A stretch of DNA of 55,799 nt from Sphingomonadaceae bacterium (GTDB taxonomy: Bacteria > Pseudomonadota > Alphaproteobacteria > Sphingomonadales > Sphingomonadaceae), in assembly GCA_047975785.1 (NCBI GenBank), contig JBKEEC010000064.1:1-55799 (forward strand), read 5' to 3'. The position numbers and the translations under genes are program-made. The notes beneath the pieces were generated by a model. The model was not told where the DNA came from. It searched no databases and saw nothing but the letters and a program-made list of their open reading frames with translations. Shown here in pieces: positions 6,494 to 15,539 of this stretch (positions are counted from its first letter, which is position 1; each line of letters opens with the position of its first letter).

Positions 6494-9022
6494 ATGCCTA
6501 GCATATCTCGATTCAGCACGACTATTTCTCTTGCTCGCAACACAGGCTGGGGTGCCAGTGCTCTGGCCATGGCCTGTGTTTCTCCAGCAGTTTTTGCGCA
6601 GGATGCCGATGAAGACGCCGGCAGTTCTACCGGGGAGATTGTCGTTACTGCCCAGTTCCGTGAACAGAATCTGCAGGATACACCGCTTGCCATTACCGCG
6701 GTCAATTCGGAAATGCTGGAGCAGCGTAGCCAGACAAATCTGACAGATATTGCGAATCAGGCCCCCAGTGTTGACCTGCGCCAGAATTCGGCATCCTTTG
6801 GTCCGTCCATTACGGCAACCATTCGCGGTATGGGTCAGGTTGACTTCAATCCGCTGCTGGAGCCGGGCGTGGGCATCTATATTGATGATGTCTATTATCC
6901 GCGCCTGACGGGCGCCAATTTCGAACTGGTTGATGTCGAGCGGGTTGAAATCCTGCGCGGTCCGCAAGGCACATTGACCGGGCGTAACTCGGAAGGTGGT
7001 GCTATCCGCTATGTGTCCAAGCGTCCCGATGGCACGTTTGGTGGCACGGTTCAGGCTACTTATGGTAGCCGCGACAATATGAATTTGCGCGGTGCGGTGC
7101 AGTTCCCCATTTCCGGCGATGGCAATCTGTCCGGCCGTGTATCGGGTGCGTGGGGACAGCAGGACGGCTATGTGCAGGGCTATGATTATGGCTGCATGTT
7201 CCCGGCCAGCGGTGTGCCTTCCTATACTACCAACAGCGATTGCAAGACGGCTGATTTCGGCAACAAGGATTATTATGCTGGCCGTGTGGCGCTGCGCTAT
7301 AATCCCAGCAATGCGGTCGATGTGATGCTGGTAGGGGATTACACGCATGATTCGACCTGGAATGCCGGCGAAGTCCTGCTTTATGCCAATAACACCAATC
7401 CCAATACTGCAACCGAAAACGGTCTGCCCTTCGATAGTCGCTTTATCTGTGGCAAATATTGTAACTATGCCTCGTTCCAGAATGCCCCGGCAAGCTGGCA
7501 GTCTCCGGTTCCGCCGCTGAACGGCCTTCCGGTGGCCGGTTCCGATACACCGCTGACATCTTTCTATGAGGGCTGGGGTGTATCGCTCCATGCCGAGTTT
7601 GAAATGGCGGACTGGGCATCACTGACCAATATCACCGCCTATCGCGGGTTTGATGCCAATTTCTCGAATGACACCGATTTGTCTCCGGCCCGCATTGATT
7701 CGCCGGTTATTGATCTGAAGAGCCGTTTTTTCAGCACCGAAACCCGGATCAGCGTCAATCCGGCAGACTGGCTGGAAGCTACTGTCGGCACATTCTACAG
7801 CTATGAAAAGACCGATCAGGATACACAGACCGATATCCGTTATGCGGGCGTGCCGCTGCAGTTTATCGGTGGCGGTCCGGTCAAGGTGAGTTCTTTCGCC
7901 GTATTCGGCACCGCGTTTATTCGTCCGATTGAGGATCTGACGATTACGCTGGGTGGCCGCTATACGGATGAGCGGAAGCAAACGACCTATCAGCGTCTGA
8001 ATTACGATCGCACGACGCCCAATCGTTTTGTTGATCCGGTCGGGGCGCGTTACGGTATCAATTACTGGGGGCCGGACCCTCTGGACGCCAATACCAATGG
8101 CGATCTGACAGAAACCGTGCGTGCTCTGAACTATCTGACCAGTGGCTATTCGGGCACGCGTTTTGATTACCGGGCAAGTGTTGATTACCGTATTTCCGAT
8201 GAGTTCCTTGTCTATGCAACCACAGGCACGGGCTTCAAGGGCGGCGGCGTCACTCCGCGTCCGTTTAATGCGGCGCAGGTAATCTCCTTCGGACCTGAAG
8301 AACTGACTGCCTATGAAGTGGGTGTCAAATCCGATCTGTTTGGCAGGATGCTGCGGCTGAACGTGTCAGGGTATCTGAACAAGTTTACCAATGCCCAGAT
8401 TGGCCTGCTTTCCTGCCCGCAACTGAGCGCAGGCCCCTGTGCGGTCATCGTGAATGGCGGTGACGCGACGATCAAGGGCGTCGAGGCTGAAGTGTCGATG
8501 CACCTGTTTGACGGGTTCGATTTCAATGGTTCGCTGTCCTATCTCGACTGGAACTGGGATTGTGTCCAGATTCAGGCTGTGCGTCCGCTCAATCCGGGTG
8601 AAAGCAATTCATGCTCCAGTGACCCTGCCGTTGTGGGCGCGCTGGCCAGCCCGCCGCGCGGTGTGACGAAATGGCAGTGGTCAGTCGGTGCGCAATATCG
8701 TTTTGATATTGGCAATTCCGGTTCGCTGACCCCGCGTATTGATGTTGCATATCAGGGTGACATGAATGGCCGGAACACCGTTTCTCCTCCGGGATCACCG
8801 CAGGCACTTTACGGGGTGATTGAAAACTACACGATTGCCAATGGCCGCCTGACATACCGGACTCCTGATGAAGACTGGTCGGTTGCTTTGGCTGTCACCA
8901 ATATTTTTGACAAATATTACTTCAACCAGAAGTTCGATCTTGTTGCAGCCGGCGCCGGCATGATCAGCGGCCTTCCAGGGCGTCCGCGTGAATGGTCGGT
9001 AACGGTCAAACGGACATTCTGA
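6494..9022 (+). CDS. TonB-dependent outer-membrane receptor
   Basis: It has a signal peptide ending AVFAQDA, a TonB-box-like GEIVVTAQ, the plug motif NLQDTPLAITAV...IEILRGPQGTL, and a C-terminal aromatic residue (...VKRTF). Confidence 0.95.
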   Translation: MPSISRFSTTISLARNTGWGASALAMACVSPAVFAQDADEDAGSSTGEIVVTAQFREQNLQDTPLAITAVNSEMLEQRSQTNLTDIANQAPSVDLRQNSASFGPSITATIRGMGQVDFNPLLEPGVGIYIDDVYYPRLTGANFELVDVERVEILRGPQGTLTGRNSEGGAIRYVSKRPDGTFGGTVQATYGSRDNMNLRGAVQFPISGDGNLSGRVSGAWGQQDGYVQGYDYGCMFPASGVPSYTTNSDCKTADFGNKDYYAGRVALRYNPSNAVDVMLVGDYTHDSTWNAGEVLLYANNTNPNTATENGLPFDSRFICGKYCNYASFQNAPASWQSPVPPLNGLPVAGSDTPLTSFYEGWGVSLHAEFEMADWASLTNITAYRGFDANFSNDTDLSPARIDSPVIDLKSRFFSTETRISVNPADWLEATVGTFYSYEKTDQDTQTDIRYAGVPLQFIGGGPVKVSSFAVFGTAFIRPIEDLTITLGGRYTDERKQTTYQRLNYDRTTPNRFVDPVGARYGINYWGPDPLDANTNGDLTETVRALNYLTSGYSGTRFDYRASVDYRISDEFLVYATTGTGFKGGGVTPRPFNAAQVISFGPEELTAYEVGVKSDLFGRMLRLNVSGYLNKFTNAQIGLLSCPQLSAGPCAVIVNGGDATIKGVEAEVSMHLFDGFDFNGSLSYLDWNWDCVQIQAVRPLNPGESNSCSSDPAVVGALASPPRGVTKWQWSVGAQYRFDIGNSGSLTPRIDVAYQGDMNGRNTVSPPGSPQALYGVIENYTIANGRLTYRTPDEDWSVALAVTNIFDKYYFNQKFDLVAAGAGMISGLPGRPREWSVTVKRTF

Positions 9023-9050
9023 CACTATTTGGTTGGCTGACACTATTTGG
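9019..9050. repeat. 14-nt direct repeat ctgacactatttgg x2 (4-nt spacer) spanning the receptor stop codon
   Basis: The copies lie at 9019-9032 and 9037-9050. The first contains the TGA at 9020-9022. Confidence 0.8.
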
Positions 9051-9076
9051 CTGATAAACTTTTTGGCGCAAGCCAG

Positions 9077-9123
9077 CCCGCCGGAGCACCCCTCCTCCAA
9101 TGTTCCGGCGGGTCTTTTTTCTT
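9077..9123 (+). terminator. Rho-independent terminator of the TonB-receptor gene
   Basis: The stem pairs cccgccgga (9077-9085) with tccggcggg (9104-9112) and is followed by tcttttttctt. Confidence 0.75.
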
Positions 9124-9162
9124 CTCATGCAAAATACAAATCACAATGTGCGAGGCCAGAGG

Positions 9163-10602
9163 ATGACACAGGATATTTCGCGTTTCCGGACAACCCGCCG
9201 ACGCGCCCTGGCCGGATTGCTGGGCACTGCTGCCTTGACAAAAGCCGGTGTCGCGATGGCGCGCTCATCCGGTCGTAAACCGAACTTTCTGTTCATCATG
9301 GCTGATGATCTGGGATATGGCGATCTGTCCTGTTACGGGCGCCGCGAATATCAGACCCCGGTGCTGGACAGGCTGGCTGCAGAAGGGGTGCGTTTCACCA
9401 ATGCCTATGCCAATAGCGCAGTCTGCACGGCTACCCGTGTTGCGCTGATAACCGGACGCTATCAATACAGGCTGGATGTAGGCAAGGAAGAGCCGCTGGG
9501 TATACGTGACGTTGGCCTGCCTCCTTCACAGCCAACCATGCCTTCGCTTCTGCGTAATCTGGGCTATCACACCAGCCTGGTTGGCAAATGGCATATGGGG
9601 TCCCTGCCCAAATATGGCCCGCTCAAAAGCGGCTATGATGAATTTTATGGTATCCGGCAGGGCGGTGTTGATTATTTCACCCACCAGATCTTTGGTCATG
9701 AGGATTTGTGGGAAGGGGAAACCCTGATCGAGCAGGAAGGCTATCTGACTACCCTTCTGGCTGACAGGGCAATCAGGGTGCTGGAAGAGCGGGCCAAAGC
9801 CTCGAAACCCTGGCTCATGAGCCTGCATGTCACCGCGCCGCACTGGCCCTGGGAAGGGCCGGATGATGTTGCCGAGTCCGATCGACTATCGCAGAAGGAA
9901 GGTTTTGCCGAAGCCGATTATGATGGCGGTGACATGGCGACCTATGCGAAAATGGTCACCTATATGGATGGCCAGATAGGCCGCGTTCTTGATCGTTTGA
10001 AAGAACTGGGAATGGATCAGGATACAGTGGTTGTCTTTACCAGCGATAATGGCGGGGAACGATTCTCGTTCAACTGGCCCTATACCGGGGTCAAGACCGA
10101 ATTGCTGGAAGGGGGCCTGCGTATTCCGGCTATTGTCCGTTGGCCGGGCCTTGCAAGTCCCGGATCGCAAAGCGGCCAGCAGATCATGTCGATGGACTGG
10201 TTGCCCACTTTTGTTGCCGCAGCCGGCGGCGTGCCTGATCCGCGATCGCCCAGTGACGGGGTGGATATTCGCAATGCCATTGCCGGAAGGCATTTGCCCG
10301 AACGGCCCCTGTTCTGGAAGTTCAAGAAGCACAGCCAGAAGGCGGCGCGTCTGGGCAAATGGAAATATCTTGAGATAGCAGGCAACAGCTTTCTGTTTGA
10401 TACGGATGCAGATCCGCAGGAACGCGCCAATCTCAAGGATCGTTTTCCTGAAATATTCACCGATTTGCGTGATGCCTGGCTGGCGTGGGACCAGTCCATG
10501 CCCGGCTATGATCCGGCATCAGCCACTTACGGTTTTACAGGTGATGTGATGGCAGATCATTTCGGCGTGGAAACTCATCCGGCCCCCACATTTGACGACT
10601 GA
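9163..10602 (+). CDS. Sulfatase (arylsulfatase family) with a twin-arginine signal peptide
   Basis: Motifs are KPNFLFIMADDLGYGDL, the FGly site SAVCTATRVALITGR, and GKWH. The Tat-like N-terminus is MTQDISRFRTTRRRALAGLLGTAALTKAGVAMA. The start is set at ATG 9163 because the track start 9100 lies inside the upstream terminator. Confidence 0.9.
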   Translation: MTQDISRFRTTRRRALAGLLGTAALTKAGVAMARSSGRKPNFLFIMADDLGYGDLSCYGRREYQTPVLDRLAAEGVRFTNAYANSAVCTATRVALITGRYQYRLDVGKEEPLGIRDVGLPPSQPTMPSLLRNLGYHTSLVGKWHMGSLPKYGPLKSGYDEFYGIRQGGVDYFTHQIFGHEDLWEGETLIEQEGYLTTLLADRAIRVLEERAKASKPWLMSLHVTAPHWPWEGPDDVAESDRLSQKEGFAEADYDGGDMATYAKMVTYMDGQIGRVLDRLKELGMDQDTVVVFTSDNGGERFSFNWPYTGVKTELLEGGLRIPAIVRWPGLASPGSQSGQQIMSMDWLPTFVAAAGGVPDPRSPSDGVDIRNAIAGRHLPERPLFWKFKKHSQKAARLGKWKYLEIAGNSFLFDTDADPQERANLKDRFPEIFTDLRDAWLAWDQSMPGYDPASATYGFTGDVMADHFGVETHPAPTFDD

Positions 10603-10611
10603 TGATACCAG

Positions 10612-10673
10612 AGTGCAATGATGCTGACGCATCGGAAGGTTGAAACGCTCAGATTCCGCGCCAGACCTTGACA
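10612..10673. repeat. Interspersed repeat copy (core gtgcaatgatgctgacgcatcgg...gaaacgctcagattccgcgccagaccttgac)
   Basis: It aligns with 5195-5250. It fills the 46-nt convergent gap and extends over the last ~8 codons and stop of the RNase T2 gene. Confidence 0.75.
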
Positions 10674-11374
10674 CGGGCAGAATCTGCCGGGCCATATTGT
10701 CTTTTGCCGCACCGCGTGGGCAGGTAATCCTTCCCGTAGCACAGATAGAGTTCCTGCAACCAGCCGCTCCGGTTGATCCTGATACCAACATGTTCCGGTT
10801 TCCAGCGCGGCCCGTTCAGCCGGACGAACTCCGCGCGAATATCTCCGGCAGACAGGCCTGTTTGCCGGGAAAGACGATCCATCTCTGGCAGGGTCAGCGA
10901 ATCCCACAGAATCCGGGTAATCTTGTAATAGGCATCAGGTGTGCGGACCATGCAGGCCCCGTGCTTGGCCCATTCATGCGCGACAAGCTGCGCCGAAGGC
11001 ATCATGCACAGGCTTTGTCGTGTCAGGGCAGGCGATGGTGTTCGTGGTGTCGGGCACCATTGCGGCCAGGTGCTGCGTCCTTCGGGCCACAGACCATGCA
11101 CGATAAAGCCGAAACGTCCGTTATCACCCGAACATTGCATGGTGCTGGACGGAGCGTTTTTGCGTGTCCGGCAAAATTCGGGGGACCAGCTGAGTGCCAG
11201 CGTATATCCGGTAACAGGAACGCGGCGCGGGGTGGCATCGGGCGTGATGGGCGGCACCGTTACGGTGCGCGGCATCCGGCACTGATAGGCCTGCGCCTGT
11301 GCCGGCTGGTTTGTCAGAAGCAGGAGCGCGGTGCCGGTGAGGGCAAACCCTGTTTTTGCAAAACCTGTAATCAC
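10649..11374 (-). CDS. Ribonuclease T2 family (RNase I-like), secreted
   Basis: The CAS I motif is FIVHGLWP and the CAS II motif is HEWAKHGAC. The signal peptide is ...LLLLTNQPAQAQA. The GTG start overlaps the nadC stop (GTGA at 11371-11374). Confidence 0.9.
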   Translation of the reverse strand: MITGFAKTGFALTGTALLLLTNQPAQAQAYQCRMPRTVTVPPITPDATPRRVPVTGYTLALSWSPEFCRTRKNAPSSTMQCSGDNGRFGFIVHGLWPEGRSTWPQWCPTPRTPSPALTRQSLCMMPSAQLVAHEWAKHGACMVRTPDAYYKITRILWDSLTLPEMDRLSRQTGLSAGDIRAEFVRLNGPRWKPEHVGIRINRSGWLQELYLCYGKDYLPTRCGKRQYGPADSARVKVWRGI

Positions 11375-12249
11375 AAGGGCGTGAAATCCAGCCCGATATC
11401 AGCCGCCGGTGCGCTTTGTGTCAGGCGCCCGACAGATACATAGGTCACTCCGCTGGCAGCTTTGGCGGCAATGGTTTCCAGATTGATCCCTCCGCTGGCC
11501 TCGGTCGGGACCCGGCCGGCAATCAGGGTGACGGCGTCACGCAACTGGTCCGGCGACATATTATCCAGCAGGATATGGTGCGCCCCTGCTGCAAGGGCGG
11601 GTTCGATCTGGTCGAGCCGGTCCACCTCGCAGATAATGGGCTTGACCCCTGCATCACGTGCGCGCCGCACTGCTTCACCAACACTGCCTGCCACCAGAAC
11701 ATGATTGTCCTTGATCATGGCAGCATCCCATAATCCCATCCGGTGATTTTGTGCGCCGCCCTGCCGTGTCGCGTATTTTTCCAGCGCTCGCAGACCCGGT
11801 ATGGTCTTGCGCGTATCCAGCAGAATAGCCTTTGTTTCTCCCATTGCTTCCACATAGCGCCGTGTCAGCGTGGCAATGCCGGAAAGATGCTGCACGATAT
11901 TCAGCGCGCTGCGCTCGGCTGTCAGCATGGCGCGCGCATTGCCGGAAAGGTGGATAAGGTCGGTTCCTGCCGGAACCTGGCTGCCTTCTTCCGTCAGAAT
12001 GGCGATTTCCATTTCAGGGTCGAGTGTGCGGAAAAAAGCTTCGGCAAGAGGCAGGCCTGCAACGGTAATCGCATCGCGGCTGTCCATGACGCCGGAAAAG
12101 CGGGCGCCTTCGGGGATAACACTTTCGCTGGTGACATCGCGCCCGCCACCGGGCAAGCCGGTGCCGAGGTCCTCATCCAGTGTGCTGCGGATGAAATCAT
12201 CAAGATTGAAGCCGGTAGCCTGTGCTCCGGCAAGGGAAAAGCTGCTCAT
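11371..12249 (-). CDS. nadC: Nicotinate-nucleotide diphosphorylase (carboxylating), also called quinolinate phosphoribosyltransferase
   Basis: Motifs are LTAERSALNIVQHLSGIATLT, LLDTRKTIPGLRALEKYA, MIKDNHV and ILLDNMSP. Confidence 0.95.
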   Translation of the reverse strand: MSSFSLAGAQATGFNLDDFIRSTLDEDLGTGLPGGGRDVTSESVIPEGARFSGVMDSRDAITVAGLPLAEAFFRTLDPEMEIAILTEEGSQVPAGTDLIHLSGNARAMLTAERSALNIVQHLSGIATLTRRYVEAMGETKAILLDTRKTIPGLRALEKYATRQGGAQNHRMGLWDAAMIKDNHVLVAGSVGEAVRRARDAGVKPIICEVDRLDQIEPALAAGAHHILLDNMSPDQLRDAVTLIAGRVPTEASGGINLETIAAKAASGVTYVSVGRLTQSAPAADIGLDFTPL

Positions 12250-12273
12250 GAACAGGCCGATACAATATTATAC

Positions 12274-12397
12274 GGAAAAGTGGATACCGCTTTTTCGCAC
12301 ATATCTGTAATACCGGATTGCAGTGATGCTGTTGCATCAGCAGTCTGAAACGCTCAGGCGTTCAGAACATTTCCAGATAAACCGGTGCCCACTTTTT
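12274..12397. repeat. Best-preserved MITE-like repeat copy with terminal inverted repeats
   Basis: The left end is ggaaaagtggataccg (12274-12289). The right end is cggtgcccacttttt (12383-12397, reverse complement aaaaagtgggcaccg). They match at 12/15 as inverted repeats. The core attgcagtgatgctgttgcatcagcag...gaaacgctcaggcg is shared with the other copies. Confidence 0.8.
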
Positions 12398-12408
12398 GTC
12401 ATCACACT

Positions 12409-13206
12409 CTAATGAACAAAACGCGCCACCACATCGCGGTAGCTGCGTGACACTTTCACTTCAGCGCCGGATTCCAGCACGAGGAAACATTCCCCATTGG
12501 TATGCGGGCGCACCTGCCGCACCTGATTGAGATTGACAATAGTGGAGCGATGGACACGCTGGAATGTCCGCGGATCAAGCCTGCGTTCCAGATCTTTCAT
12601 CGTTTCTCTCAGAATCAGGGAATTATCGCCAGTATAGATGCACATATAGTCTCCGGCGGCCTCGATATGTTCAATCGAATCCACCTCGACCCGGAAAATC
12701 TGTCCGCGATCCTTGATATTGATGAGCTTTTCAAACCGGTCTGCGCTCTCGCTTTCTTCATCAATCAGGTTTTCTGCCGCATCAGGGGCTACTTCGGTCA
12801 GCACTGATTTGAGTTTTTCCACCTCATCGGCAGAGCGTTTTTCTGTCATGCGCAGGCGCACACGGTCAATCGTGTCGGCCAGCCTGTCTTCATCCACAGG
12901 TTTCAGCAGGTAATTGACAGCATTGGCTTCAAACGCCCGCACGGCATGTTCTTCAAATGCAGTAACAAAGACAAATAGCGGAGGCTCAATATCCATCACC
13001 CCCTTGACGACAGAAAACCCGTCAAACCCAGGCATCTGGATATCAAGAAATACCAGATCGGGCTTTTCTGTCTTGATCTTGCGGATCGCTTCACGCCCAT
13101 TGGCGCAGGTATCAATAATTTCTACATCATCAAAAGGTTGCAGCCGAAGCTGCAGACCTTGAATCGCAAGCTTTTCGTCATCGACGAGAATTGTTCGAAT
13201 TGTCAT
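12409..13206 (-). CDS. LytTR/AlgR-family response regulator
   Basis: The receiver domain reads ILVDDE...DLVFLDIQMPGFDGF. The C-terminal LytTR-type DNA-binding domain reads ...FQRVHRSTIVNLNQV. ATGA overlaps the kinase gene at 13203-13206. Confidence 0.93.
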   Translation of the reverse strand: MTIRTILVDDEKLAIQGLQLRLQPFDDVEIIDTCANGREAIRKIKTEKPDLVFLDIQMPGFDGFSVVKGVMDIEPPLFVFVTAFEEHAVRAFEANAVNYLLKPVDEDRLADTIDRVRLRMTEKRSADEVEKLKSVLTEVAPDAAENLIDEESESADRFEKLINIKDRGQIFRVEVDSIEHIEAAGDYMCIYTGDNSLILRETMKDLERRLDPRTFQRVHRSTIVNLNQVRQVRPHTNGECFLVLESGAEVKVSRSYRDVVARFVH

Positions 13207-14408
13207 GTTCCAGTTTCCACGCGCCTTAGGATTTCTACTTTTCCCTGCGCAGGCTTATCGAGCAGATTTTTTCCATGCTCTGCTGCCGGGTCAATGTTTT
13301 CTTCCGCCTCAAACGGGATTTCAATCACCACCGTAAAGCCGCCTGAAGGCGGGGTGCGGATTTCAAAAAGATGGGCATCGCCATAGGCTTGTGCAAGACG
13401 ATCGCGAATATTTGCCAGTCCAACGCCCGTCGAAACTACGTTATTTCTTTCAAAAACAGTAGGAAGTATGCTGACTTTCTTTTTGGCAGCCTGTATACCC
13501 GGTCCGGTATCTGACACGGTTATGCGTAAACGGTTACTGATGAGCAGGGCCGCCAGCGTAATGCGTGCGCCTTCCTCTTGTGGTGATACGGCGTATTTGA
13601 TCGCATTTTCCACCAGTGGCTGCAGCAGCATGGAGGGAAGCAGGGCATTGAGTGCCTTTGGATCAAGCCTGAATTCAGTGCGCAAACGGTCTTCAAAACG
13701 CATCCGCTCAATGTCGAGATAGAGCTTTATCGTGTCTACTTCCTGCTCCAGAGTGACTTTTCCGCTCGGATCGCTGACCAGGGTATGACGCAGGAAAGAA
13801 GACAGCCTGCTCAGCATCGCATTGGCAGGCTCTGTCTGTTTCAGCAGCACCAGCGTGCTGATGGAATTGAGTGTGTTGAACAGAAAATGCGGATTGAGCT
13901 GGTAACGCAGCATGGCCAGTTGCGCGCCGGTTGCCTGTGCTTCGAGCCGCTCCAGCCGGTCGGCCTGTTCTTCCGCCTGAAGGAAGAAATTGATGGCGTA
14001 ATAGAGGGCGGACCATGCGCCCAGCAAGGTTAGCGGAAGGATGAAAATACCCAGAAAAAGCTGAGCGAAACTGCCTTCCCTGTCTGGACGATACAGGCCA
14101 ATCACCCAGGCATCAATCGCGGCATATAATATGACCGCAAGGCCAAGGACTATGGTGGTAATACCCCATGTCACCAGAGGCTTGCGATTGATAAGCTGAC
14201 GGTAAATCACGGACAGGATCAGGCTGATCGAAAAGCCGGTAATCCCTTCTATCAGGATGATGATGAAGAAGGACAGATCCTGACCGCCCGCAATGCCGGA
14301 AACTGCGCGTAACAGGATCGCTCCGCCCCAGCCTGCAATCTGCAAATTCCAGAAGGCGCGATTCTTGTTCGCGAAAAATGGGGTAGGGCGGAAGGGCAGC
14401 ATGGCCAT
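13203..14408 (-). CDS. LytS/YehU-type sensor histidine kinase
   Basis: It has a multi-pass membrane N-terminus, the signature LNPHFLFNTLNSISTLV, and ATPase motifs VSDTGPGI and GVGLANIRDRL. Confidence 0.9.
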   Translation of the reverse strand: MAMLPFRPTPFFANKNRAFWNLQIAGWGGAILLRAVSGIAGGQDLSFFIIILIEGITGFSISLILSVIYRQLINRKPLVTWGITTIVLGLAVILYAAIDAWVIGLYRPDREGSFAQLFLGIFILPLTLLGAWSALYYAINFFLQAEEQADRLERLEAQATGAQLAMLRYQLNPHFLFNTLNSISTLVLLKQTEPANAMLSRLSSFLRHTLVSDPSGKVTLEQEVDTIKLYLDIERMRFEDRLRTEFRLDPKALNALLPSMLLQPLVENAIKYAVSPQEEGARITLAALLISNRLRITVSDTGPGIQAAKKKVSILPTVFERNNVVSTGVGLANIRDRLAQAYGDAHLFEIRTPPSGGFTVVIEIPFEAEENIDPAAEHGKNLLDKPAQGKVEILRRVETGT

Positions 14409-14441
14409 AGTGACTTCTCTTAGCCGATTATGCGGTGTGGG

Positions 14442-15539
14442 TCAGTCAGTTTCAATCTTATTCGCAAATTCGGGATGCAACGTGCCGGTATTGCGTTGAA
14501 AAGACTGCGCCCAGTCTGCCTTGCCTGTGGCGCGGACAGAAGAACTGATCGCGGGGTATTCTGCCTCAATCCATTCTACCCGTTCATCCCATCCTTCATG
14601 TGTGCGTTTGCGCAGTAATCCGCCGCCATGTTTTCTTCCCCATTTTTCCATGAAACGGGCTGCGGCATCGGGAGCCCAGCCGGCATTATGCAACAGCCAC
14701 GGCATGAGCCGGTCCGCTTCGCGTTCGGTCAGGCGGATATTGCTGCGCGAGCGGCCATTAATATCCAGCCAGGCGCGGTGGTGCAGGAGATTATGAGCCA
14801 GTTCATGCGCCATGACGGCGGCAAGCTCATCGTCGGGATAGGTAAAGGCCGGAAAATTGGCGCCGAACAGGATACGTGTTCCGTCCGCCTCGGCAGTATC
14901 CTTGCCGATCAGCAATTCCCAGCGGCCGGGGCAGGCAGGGATTCCGGTGATCCGGTGTGTCTGGCGTGTTCCATCCGGCTTTTGCCAGACAAGGGTGATA
15001 TGCCCGTCCCTGCGCAATGCCCTGTCGATCATATCCTGCAGATCGCTGGTCCTGCGCCATTTTTCCTTCTCTGGCACGGGCAATGTGGCGGGGTCAAATC
15101 CGTTCATGGCAAGGATGGTATCATTGGGCTGCAATCCGGCCTGCTGCGCCGGAGAACCTGCGGCAACGGCTTGCACCGCAATATCTCCGCTGGTCTGGCT
15201 GGCACGGCGTATTCTCTCTGGCGTGCCATAGGCCTGCATATCCTGCAGCAGCAGGCCAATACCGGGCAGGGCATCAGGGCAAAATGGTGCATTGGCAGTA
15301 GCCAGACGCCATGCGAGCGATTGGAAATGCTGATCTGCCTGCTGGAGCACGGCCAGGGCAGTGCGGTCCTTTTCCAGCGTTGCAATGTCGCTTCTGTCAG
15401 TATTTCTTGCCAGTAGTCCGGCATTTCCCTGCAAGACCGGCGCTCCGGCCATGATTACGCACAAAGATGCCATCCCGATCAGCCGTAACCGGCCCCAAAT
15501 CAGCCGCGACCAGCCAGAGTGCGTAAAGGCCCTGATCAT
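14442..15539 (-). CDS. Exported PDZ-domain protein with an HExxH zinc-metallopeptidase motif
   Basis: It has a signal-like N-terminus, a PDZ-like segment VQAVAAGSPAQQAGLQPNDTILAMNG, and AHELAHNLLHH. ATGA overlaps the DsbA-like gene at 15536-15539. Confidence 0.75.
   Translation of the reverse strand: MIRAFTHSGWSRLIWGRLRLIGMASLCVIMAGAPVLQGNAGLLARNTDRSDIATLEKDRTALAVLQQADQHFQSLAWRLATANAPFCPDALPGIGLLLQDMQAYGTPERIRRASQTSGDIAVQAVAAGSPAQQAGLQPNDTILAMNGFDPATLPVPEKEKWRRTSDLQDMIDRALRRDGHITLVWQKPDGTRQTHRITGIPACPGRWELLIGKDTAEADGTRILFGANFPAFTYPDDELAAVMAHELAHNLLHHRAWLDINGRSRSNIRLTEREADRLMPWLLHNAGWAPDAAARFMEKWGRKHGGGLLRKRTHEGWDERVEWIEAEYPAISSSVRATGKADWAQSFQRNTGTLHPEFANKIETD

Noticed and set aside
6452-7591. 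379-aa minus-strand ORF
   Set aside because: It lies entirely antisense to the well-supported TonB-dependent receptor gene. The product is Ile/Arg/Gly/Ala-rich with no motif, which is typical of a shadow ORF.
9100-9162. Track start of the sulfatase ORF at 9100
   Set aside because: This stretch is the 3' arm and T-tract of the receptor gene's terminator (9077-9123). The Tat-type signal peptide begins at ATG 9163.
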